NCBI RefSeq assembly: GCF_009914755.1
Contig: NC_060932.1
Length of the DNA: 64,000 nucleotides
Reading direction: 5' to 3' (one strand)
Origin: the human T2T-CHM13v2.0 reference genome, Homo sapiens
A model generated the notes under the pieces. It was not told where the DNA came from and did no database searches. It saw only the letters and a list, made by a program, of their open reading frames with translations. A program made the translations under genes and the position numbers. Shown piece by piece: positions 54,121 through 64,000 of this stretch (its first letter is position 1; the number at the start of each line of letters is the position of its first letter).

Positions 54121-56344
54121 ATTGTGGAAGCTATATTGATTTGGTGGGCTAAACAAACACTTGTACAGGTTCCAGTTCAATTGGCTGATAAACATAAGCA
54201 GGAACTGGTTGCATACAGGAAAAAGACTCATTGTTTTTCAAAACAAAAAATTTTTCTCTATGGTGAACATATGAGTTAGCTTGTTGTTTTCGCTTTCCCA
54301 AGTAGTTAAGGTCCCTGCTAAGGTGGCCCCTGCTAAGGTGGCCCCAGCTAAAGGCTGGAAAGGGCCTTAGGAAGTATCTGGAGTTGCCCCAGCAGTTCTG
54401 TTTTCCCAGTGGAGGTAGTTACACTTAGTGTCCACCAGCAACTACCAAGAGGTATTTTCGTACTGGGGCACCAAAAGGCAACTAGATGTCTCAGGGTTAG
54501 TACAGTCTTCCTAAGGGAATATGTGAACACTGCTAGCGGGTCTACCTTGAAAGTACTTAGACTGTGTATCCTCTGAAGTGCCCTTAACTAGAGATGGTTT
54601 CCATGAAAACTGTATAAGTTTTCTAAATGATGCAGCCTGGCAATTGCATGGCTTACATGATCATGTGACAGATTAATCTCTAGGGGGTAGCTTTTAAGCC
54701 AATTAATTAGAGTTACTTTATATAAACATCACACACACAGCACTTGTATACAAAGGAAAATCCAGCAGTTATTAACTTTTTCTTTCCCATTTTATGAATC
54801 TTATCACAACTTCCACAGGCCATCTATGACATGCTTGGATTTTCTGACCTATCCTATATTTCCCTCTTTCCTAAATAATTAGTTATTCTACTTTAGGACA
54901 AGAATTTGCCATACAAGATCCTTTCTCATATAAAATTTCTTTTCTTCATAAACTTCCTTACCATAAATACATATTCATATCCATAACTTTCTTTATATCT
55001 TTTTCCCCTACTAAAGTAATTTCTGATGCTCTCAAAAGTCAAAAAGGTCAGGTAACATGATGCAAAACAGAGCAGAGCCTTAGATTTTGAAAGGGACCTG
55101 TCAGTTTAAAGTTCTTGGGGTTCCATGAGGAAAACAGAGTTTTCTCCTAAAATAATTTCTGTGGTGTCTTCTGTTTTTTCTAAGGAGCCTCCTGCTGTTA
55201 GAAATTACCTTAGTTCTTCTCATGTGGGCATCGAGAGTGGCAAGAAGACAGACTGAGGAAATAACCCAGTCAACTGAGAAGAAAAGCAAACAAAAACTTA
55301 GTACTATCCCCATTGTAAAGATGGATAAATGGTGGCACTATATAGTTTAAATATTCATGTTCACATAGAGTTAGACTCCACAGCTCACTCCCTTAACCAT
55401 CCTGTAATTCTCCCTACTCTCCGCCCAGTCGCTGATGCACATGGTTGGTAGTTCATGGTGCACTTAACACTTTTCCTGCCCCCTTAGAACATGGTTTTTA
55501 TTTTCTGCTCTACAGCTGTATAATTTAACAATTTTTATCTTAATGTGTTGTATTTCAACCCTATATATCTCAAATTTTATTAATATTACTGAATCTTAAA
55601 AGGGGCTGTAACGTTTTTAATCCTTACAAATATTAGCCTACAAACAAATACATATGGTTAAACAGTATTCAAATTTTTATATGCTTTAAAACATTGAGGC
55701 AAGGTATTGAGAACCACACCAAAGAAATCGCAATCAATCTACTCTGGACAAAAATTTAGAGAATCTCTCTTCAAAATAAGCTAGCTAGTGGTATTTATAT
55801 GTATTCTCACATATAAACAGTATTTTACATGCTTATAACCTTAAAATAATTGAAAAATATCAAAATTATAGGCCTTATACATTTCTTTGGGCTTGAAAAT
55901 GATACGATATAGATTATTTGTTTATTTAAAGCATCGATAAAATATATAAACTTCCGGATAGAGTAATCACTTAAAAAAAAGACTTCATACTGGAGGTAGT
56001 AATACTAGGAATAAAAGAGGGCTCAACACCGCCTTCTGAAAAGGAAGGGTCCAGATTGGTATATTTTCTAAAGGCTTCCCCAGCCTGCAATAAAATATGG
56101 CTGGATTTTCCTCCTTGCCTGTGTAACCTCCTTTACTTTATTATAATCTACCAACTTATTCTTTTTTTCATTCCTCCAATAAGAGCCTCAAGAAATTTGG
56201 TCTGGTTGTCCATTCCTATGGAAGTGTTATTGTCCCAATTAGGATCAGTAGTGGTGACTGTGTCTGAGCCTGGGTAATTGCCCTGAGGGTTTCGGGTGAA
56301 TAAATTGTCTGCTTACCAGTGGGCAGCCTCAAAGATTCATTTCT

Positions 56345-56580
56345 GAGGCTGAAGCAGGCGAATCACTTAGGACCAGGAGTTCAAGACCAGCCTGGCCAAC
56401 ATGGCAAAACCCCATCTCTACTAAAAATACAAAAATTAGCCAGATGTTGTGGTGTGTGCCTGGAGTACCAGCTACTCAAGATGCTGAGGCAAAAGAATCA
56501 CTTGAACCCAGGAGCTGGAGGTTGCAATGAGCAGAGATTGCACAACTGCACTCCAGCCTGGGCAATAGAGTAAGACTCTG
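56345..56580 (+). mobile_element. Internal Alu fragment lacking 5' end and poly(A), inserted in ERV gag
   Basis: GAGGCTGAAGCAGGCGAATCAC...CTACTAAAAATACAAAAATTAGCC...GGGCAATAGAGTAAGACTCTG followed by CTTTTTTT. Confidence 0.9.
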
Positions 56581-58089
56581 CTTTTTTTAAACAAATGTTC
56601 CCTTTTCAAGGAGGTGCAACAGGTTGCTAGAATGAATTGGACGTCTTTCCATGAGAGAACAAAGACTAAGGTCAAAGTTTGGAACCATCTGCAGATTTTC
56701 TGCAGTTCTGTGAATAGCTTCCTAGCTTTTCTTTGCATTGTTGTATGTCAGTTAGGGAGAATGAGCATGCACTTAGACTTAACCCTCGGCTCCTGCGACT
56801 TCCCTAAGGTGTAATAGGGCTGGAGTGGGAGTTGAATAGTTTTTTTCCCTCTGAGTGGGATGAGAACTTAGTATTATTACGCTAATCCCTTATAATGGGA
56901 AGGGGACTCCCATTATTCCTGGCTGTCCAGCTGATATTGGAGCCATATAGTATTACAGTAAAAAATCAGATGTTTTCTCCTTAGATTATCAGGGTTAAAT
57001 TGATTCCAATTGTTGAGGATGCAGCCAAGTGAAGAATTAGGTGGAATGTATGGAAAGTTGTCCATAGTGGTCTGGAAGAAAAAAGTGTGTCTAGCTTATT
57101 TGGCGACCCAAATTCTACCTGGGGTGTCCCCCTGGAAAAATTCTGGGCCCCGAGGTCCCCAAGGGTGTCCTTATTTAGGCCTTCATCTTAGTGTGTCAGA
57201 CATCCCTGACCTTAGATGGGAGCCAGTACCAATTTGGGAAGGTTCTCTCCACCATTGATGGCCCAGTATGAGCTTTCCTTTTGTCCATAGATGAAGGCCT
57301 TGACTTCTAATGTCCCTATAATTTTATAAGACTATGCTTTCCCATGCTTCCCATTCCACTAGAGTGTTACCTATAAACTTTAATGACAGGACCTGGAGGC
57401 TGGTTGAGTTTCTTTTCTCATGGAGATTATGACTAATTTCTCAGGTGGATTTTGGTCATGAACATTGAAAGAGTAGGGTTGACTATTCCACTCAGGCCCT
57501 GGACAAGAGAAGGAATGTTTAAAAATCCACCACCATGACAGTGGGTCTTGTGCAAGGGCAGGCCAATCTATACAAATAATATGATGATACCAAAAGAGAC
57601 AAGATCCCTTCAGTGGAGGTCCAAGATGTAGAACGTATTCTAAAGCTTGCGGGCCCCAAAGATCCTCAGCCAAGTGAATACATTGAGTAGGAGAAGGGTG
57701 GTCAAAACACCTAAGAGACACTATATTTTGCCATTACAGGCTAATCCTATAGGAGAATTTAGCATGAGAAACGAGGGTTTAAGTCACCCTAAACATGTGT
57801 GAGTTCACACTAGATGAGCTACCTCTGTCAACTGCATCACATGTAGGGATCATGGACTATAACCAGGAAAGAAAAGAGTCTTTCCCCCCTCAGGGAAGGG
57901 CAGCTATCCCCATTAACTCACTGGGCGTCAGGTAACAGCAGAGAATGGACCCAGCCAGTTGCCCTCAATTACCAAGGAGCTACTGGGAAACAGATGCTGA
58001 AAGACTGAAAAAAAAGTAAAGGACAGAAACAAAAAGGCAGGGGGGAGAGGAAAAAATAAAGAAAAAAAAATCCCAGAATTTTGGCTTGC

Positions 58090-58107
58090 CTTCTGGCTGG
58101 CTCACCA
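58090..58107 (-). promoter_or_regulatory. Primer-binding site, tRNA-Arg
   Basis: Minus strand TGGTGAGCCAGCCAGAAG, 16/18 to TGGCGAGCCAGCCAGGAG (complement of the recalled tRNA-Arg(ACG) 3' end), just inside the LTR. Confidence 0.7.
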
Positions 58108-58112
58108 AAATA

Positions 58113-58522
58113 TATTGCTGGTGAGGGAGGGTCTTGACAAGAGTTGTCCAGGTTCTTGGTGAGTTAAACACAGAATTGAACAAAAGACACAAACAAAACA
58201 ATAAAAGAAGGAATCAACAAAAACACACATTTATTGCAGCAAAACTACACTCCACAGAGCAGGAGCAGGCTCAAGCAAGTGGCTCAAGAGTCCCACTTGC
58301 AAATCCTCTGGGATTTAAGTACCCTTTAGAGGTTTCCTATTGGTTACACCCTATGTAAATGAAGACTTGGCCCGCAACCAATTGGGGGCTGAAGTGAAGG
58401 CTTGGCCCATGACCAATCAGAGGCTGAAGTGGTTACACCCTATGCAAATAAAGACTTGTCCTGTGACCAATAGGAGGCTGAAGTCAAGGCTCCCTGTCTC
58501 CAGAACCTATTCTCCTCCTTCA
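58113..58522 (-). mobile_element. MER51/MER61-family 5' LTR
   Basis: Minus strand TGAAGGAGGAGAATAGGTTCTGGAGACAGGG start, repeated CCAAT units, AATAAA, ...CCAAGAACCTGGACAAC...CCAGCAATA end. Confidence 0.85.
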
Positions 58523-61300
58523 CAACCATAAACATATAAATGAATTCTTCTAAGTACTTGATACTTGTTTGCACTTAAATCACAGAAACAAGTTCTTTCC
58601 TCAAGCCTAGAATTGAATATAGGTTTCCCTAAATAAGTTATATAGCTCCAAATTATCTATCTAACGATCACTTTTTTAAGGCAATGAGATTTAGAAGTGT
58701 AGATCAGCCATGTAAATTTTTTTTAAATCCCCTAGTAACAATCCCAGTTCATATTGTTAAATGTCAAGTGACGTGTTGCTGAAGAGGGAAAAGCAATTCT
58801 AACATGCTATTTCTCATATTTATAGCCCAGCATCCTAGCTTAAAATCCTTTCTGGCGGTTATATGGGAAGAGTTTGAAGGAGATCTGGAGACTACCAGAT
58901 TACAGCACACAGGGAATCTTTAACATAGGTAACCTCTTGAATCCCTCAAAAGAGACAGGTCATGTGTTCCTGAGGCCAACAGAATGAAAAATTTGATTAG
59001 ATAGGGTTTTTTTTGACGAGATCCTCCTTTTCCCACTATTGTTTACAAAGTATAGCCCAGTCCATAATTAAATAACATTCATTAGAAACTACATAGAACC
59101 TACATATACTGAAAATCAAAAGGAGAAAGTTAAGCAAAAAGCAGATGAAAAGCATATATAAAAAAGGAATAGCCCTCAGAGAACAAACATTTATCAACAA
59201 TATATGCTTTCTAATAAAATAATAATAGTGTACAAATGTAGAACTAATATAGGCTCTTATAAGAGCAGAAACGTTGTTAGAAGACATCAGTATAAAATTA
59301 GAAAAAATAAATAATAATATGATTCCAATAATATAAAACATTAGAGAGTGAAAATAGTATGGATATGACTTAAATGATATGGAATATAAAATGTATTTAG
59401 CCTATGCCCAATTGAATGAATATAGATCTTAAAAAAAATAGAGGTAGAGCTAGGGAGGAGGGAGAAGGAAGAGAAGCAATAAAGTGCATGGGGTAAATGT
59501 TTAACAATGAATGGGTGTAAGTAAGATCTGTATGAGGGAATAAATATGCTCAATATACTGTTTTTATAATTACAAATATTCTGTAAAATTTTATTTATTT
59601 CTAAATAAATAACCTTCCAGGCAGAGTTTCTGATTTTTTAATTGCAATTAAAAAATAGTTTAAAAAATTATCTTTCACCCTGCTTTAGGAATGATCAAAC
59701 ATGACCAATTGTGGTTTATTTATATCTTTACACACTTACATTCCTCTTAAATAACGGCTGCGAAGCAATCCTAGACACAGAGATTCTGATGTAAATTTAG
59801 GGAGTTGGGTCCAAGCACAAAACTTTTAAAGAACTTTTTCCAATTGATTTGAAGCCAGGTTTGGAAAACGATACCCTATATCCTTTTAAATGTATCTATT
59901 AGTCCATTTGATCTGAAAAATATACCACTATGAATGCAGTATTTTTAATCAACTTTCTATGTCTAATAATTTTTACTTTATATATTTTTGGATATGTACA
60001 AAGACAGTCCTTGGATAAAGATTAAGTTACATTTCATTTCTGGTGAACTATAACTTTTATTAATTTTCCTCCTAAATAGGGCAAATCATATATCATTGTT
60101 ATATTAAGTTGTATTCTTTAATTATTAATACAGTTGAGTGACTTTGTTTTTTTTTTCTTTGTGAATTGGCTATTTATTTTTGCCTATTTTCCTATTGGTT
60201 TGTTCTTTCTTAAGTAGGAGCAGATATACTTTATATATTATGAACACTAAACTTAGTCTTTATGGAAGTTGCAGACATGGTCCCCAAACTTAAACATTTT
60301 CATATTGTACTTTCCACCAAAGATTTTAATTAGTACAAAAACAATATTGCAATCATTAGTTAGAAATAGGGTACCAAATTAACTTGGCCAATTTTAAATG
60401 GAGACACATAATTCACTTACAACTTAATTTTATAATCTTTAAAATTGACGTATATTCAATTTCCTTTTGTACTATTTTTTTTTCTTGTTGGCTTATGGCT
60501 ATGTATTTTAAAGTTTTCAATCTTATCCATGAGGCCAGAATACTTGAGACTAGAGAGGGGAAGAAGTAGAGAGAACCAGGGAAGGCAGTATAGGAGCAGG
60601 AATGACACTGAAGCCAGGGCAGTTGAGAAGAGATAAGACCCAAGGAAACTACACGCACTTGAATGCCCTGATGGGGAAGTAAAGATGGCATACATTTGAT
60701 TTGTCATGTACTGGTTGTGATTAAATCTGGGGAGTACCTGAGATGCAACTTTGGTATCCTAGTGGTGTTGCTCTGAGATTTCCCCTTTAATCTAGAATAT
60801 GTTTCTGAATTCTGGGCAGCCAGAAGTTCAGAAGTACCTTCACAGGGTATTTCAGTTTCCTTTTCACAATTGGCGTATTGTGTCATTGATACATGAAATA
60901 AAAATTGAATTCAAGTAGGATTGAACAGTGAAAAGAAATAAAACATATTGGGTGGCCATAGGGAGAGAAAAGACACCAGATAGACAATGATTTTGGTCAT
61001 CAACATCATTCCAAATGTGATATATGTATATATTTGTATTATTTGTATTTGTAGTTTACATCTCAATTGATTTAGGTTTAGCAATTTTTGCTATTGATTA
61101 CTCCCTTCTTTGGGAAATCTGCTCTATGTTAAAATATTACTCCCTAATGTTTTGTCTTAATACCTCCTCCATATTAAGTGCTTTTTCTGATAACTCCAAC
61201 CATTTTATAATTAAAAATAAGATATAGAAATTTGCTCACTCGACTGAGTCAGAAATGTGGAAATTTTCTTAGACTTTTCTTTCTATTTTATCTCATATAT

Positions 61301-61358
61301 TGTCATGGTTACCCATTACTATGCAACATACTACCCCAAAATTAAGTAGTTTAAAACC
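61301..61358 (-). mobile_element. MLT1G-like LTR 3' terminus (~60 bp)
   Basis: Minus strand GGTTTTAAACTACTTAATTTTGGGGTAGTATGTTGCATAGTAATGGGTAACCATGACA resembles the MLT1G end (GTTTTAAGCCACTAAGTTTTGGGGTAGTTTGTTACGCAGCAATAGATAACC..ACA). Confidence 0.7.
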
Positions 61359-64000
61359 ACCAGGTGTACTGCTGGAACTTCTGCCCACTGGGAAGATTTT
61401 CCTTCACTGCTGTCCTTCAGGGATATTCTAGAAGCGGGCTGTAGTGCTGCAGCTGTCCACTTTCAGGTGGTGCCTGCAGATCGTGCATAACCATCTGTGA
61501 ACCAGGCTGTAGCCTTCTCTTCCTCTGTCAACTGATCATAGGGAACTCCCCATGAGGCCATTGGAGCAGGCTAGGGGAGAGAAGGCACGGTGGAAGGAGC
61601 GGAAACCAAGGGCATTTGAGCCACTTCCCCATGTACTTACTTGTGCCTTCAGGACCTGTTCGAGCCCGATCACGTATATACCACTTACATTTGATGATGG
61701 AATGCCACTGTGCACAACCCACTTTATGGTGAGGTTGGTCCAAAAGCACCTAGTTCATAATAGGCAGTTCAGGTCACATGGTGACTTGTTGACCCATAGT
61801 CAAACGTTCAGTTTCCACCAAAGCCCAGTACCAGGTCAAGAGCGCTCTCTCAAAAGTAGAGAAGCTATCTGCAGAAGATGGCAGGGCTTTGCTCCAAAAT
61901 CCTAGAGGTCTCTTTTGTGATTTACCTATGGAGGCCATCCAAAGTCTCCAAACAGCATCCCTATATGCCACTGACCCTTAAGTACCATTGGATCTGCTGG
62001 GTCATATGCCCAAGTGGCAGAGAAGTTTACACAACAACCTGGACCTATTGTAGAGCCTTCTCCTGTTCTGGACCCCACTCAAAACTGGCAGCCTTTTGGG
62101 CCACTCAATAAATAGGCTGGAGTAACACACCCAGATGAGGAATGTGTTGCCTCCAAATCCAAATAGCCCCACTGGCCATTGTGCTTCTTTCTTGGTTTAG
62201 GAGGGGCCAAATGCAGCAACTTATCCTCCACCTTAGAAGGAATATCTAGACAGGCCCCACACGACTGGACCCCTAGAAATTTTACTGAGATTTATTTCCC
62301 ATCCTCTGGCATGGATGAGTCTCACCTATAAGTCCAGTGAGTTTGCTTCTTCTTGCCCACTGGATCCAATCAGCATAATGTCATTAATGTAATGGACCAG
62401 TGTGATATCTTGCAGAAGAGAAAAGCAATCAAGGTCTCTCCACATAAGATTACTACACAAAGCCGGAGAGTTGATATACCCCTGAGGTAGGACAGTAAAG
62501 GTATATTGCTGGCCATGCCAGCAGAAGGCAAATTGCTTCTAGTGGTCCTTATGGACAGGAATGGAGAAAAAGGCATTTGCCAAGTCAATGGCTGCATACT
62601 AGGTACCAGCTGGTGTGTTAATTTGCTCAAGCAATGAAACCACATCTGGTACAGCAGCTGCAATTGGAATCACCACTTGGTTAAGTTTATGATAATCCAC
62701 TGTCATTCTCCAAGATCCATCTGTCTTCTGCACAGGCCAAATGGGAGAGTTGAATAAGGATTTGGTTGGAATCACTACCCCTGTGTCTTTCAAGTCCTTG
62801 ATGGTGGCACTAATCTCCACAATCCCTCCAGAGGTACAATATTGTTTTTGATTTACTATTTTTCTAGGTAGAGGCAGCTCTAATGACTTCCATTTGGCCT
62901 TTCCCATCAAATAGTCCTCACCCTACCAGTCAAGGAGCCAGTATGGGGGTTCTGCCAGCTGCTATGTATGTCCATGCCAATTATGCATTCTGGCACAGGG
63001 GAAATGGCCACAGGATGAGTCAGGGGACCCACTGGACCCACTCTAAGTCAGACTTGAGCTAAAACTCCATTAATTACTGGACCTCCATAAGCCACTACTT
63101 TAACTGGAGGACCACAATGACGTTTTGGGTCTTCTGGAATCAACCTCAGCTCAGAGCCAGTGTTCAGTATTCCCTGAAATTTCTGCCATTTCCTTTTCCC
63201 CAATGCACAGTTTCCCTGGTAAAAGGCCAGAGGTCTCATTCAGGAAGGATGGAAGAAAGATTCACTGCATAAATTGTTGGAAATGTAGTGGGGTCCTTCC
63301 ACAAGGGGACCCAGCCTCCCTTTCATTCAAGGTTTTCTGGGTATGTGAGCTAGCTCAAGTCTGGAAATTGATTGAGAGGTCATGATTCTTTGTTTTTATA
63401 ATTCAAATTAATCTTTTGTCCATTTAATCTAGAAGATTTCTGCTTGTATAAAAAAAGTAGGAATGCAGTAGGCTTCCTGTCAATTTCACTTCTAGGAACA
63501 CCACGATTAGCCAATGCCAGAGGACTAGATAAATCAGGCTATTCTGACTGCCACTTTGTCTTTTCTGTCCATTACAGTGCCTTTGACGGTGGAGTGCTGC
63601 CACTTGGCTCCTGCCACCTCAGGGTTCAATTATTCTCATTGTATTTAAATGTTGTAGTTGAATGACTGTGGTTCACACTGTTAGATCTGACATACAGAGA
63701 AGAGCAATTACTGGGCTCTTCAAAGATGCAGATGCTGCCCTCACAAATCTATTTCATAAGGCATTGGTTAAGGGTATATCTTCTGGGCCCTCCCAGCTAG
63801 GATGTGTAGATCTAAAGTGACTAATACACTCCAACATCCCAATCTCTCTAAGCCATTGGATCCCTATTCCTACATTAAAACAAGAGAGATCAGGTCTTTC
63901 CAGCTCACTCACAGTGGGCTATCTTTTAATTTGTATTTCAGCTAACCAAGCACATAACCCATTAGAACATTTTTTAACTCCCTGAACTGCAACATTAAAT
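61359..64000 (-). mobile_element. Second HERV-L internal region (gag 3' part, protease, RT, N-terminal RNase H); runs off the window, truncated at 61359
   Basis: Protease LNTGSELRLIPEDP; [23 protein letters not shown]; tether PLGFWSKALPSSAD; RNase H AWFTDG and SSQWAEVPAVHL, after which homology stops. Confidence 0.93.

Larger units (their letters stand above)
53364..58112 (-). mobile_element. MER4-group (MER51/MER61-int-like) ERV1 internal region: gag remnant, no recognisable pol, env remnant
   Basis: Gag CA FQTLTLVFVLSWKDVQFILATCCT...IFEAA...DPNWD (~56220-56700); env TM at ~53790-54100; lies between the two homologous LTRs. Confidence 0.8.

Overview
AT-rich primate (human/ape-like) non-coding DNA made mostly of interspersed repeats: Alu, L1, L2/MIR, DNA-transposon MITEs and at least five ERV remnants. 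The ERVs are an LTR16/ERV3-16A3-type element, a 3'-truncated HERV9/LTR12, two oppositely oriented HERV-L/MLT2A pieces, and a MER51/MER61-type element with an env remnant. I can support no intact host protein-coding gene. Two structures stand out. (1) A 1.33-kb retro-insertion bounded by an 18-bp target-site duplication sits inside HERV-L and carries an orphan, still-open 123-nt exon encoding part of a cysteine-rich TIL domain, which I recognise as gel-forming mucin MUC19-like. (2) A ~24.4-kb inversion with deletion (36961-61358) is inferred because a HERV-L RNase H domain and an MLT1G LTR are each split into complementary, oppositely oriented halves at the same two junctions. Family and subfamily names come from recalled consensus sequences, not from a search.
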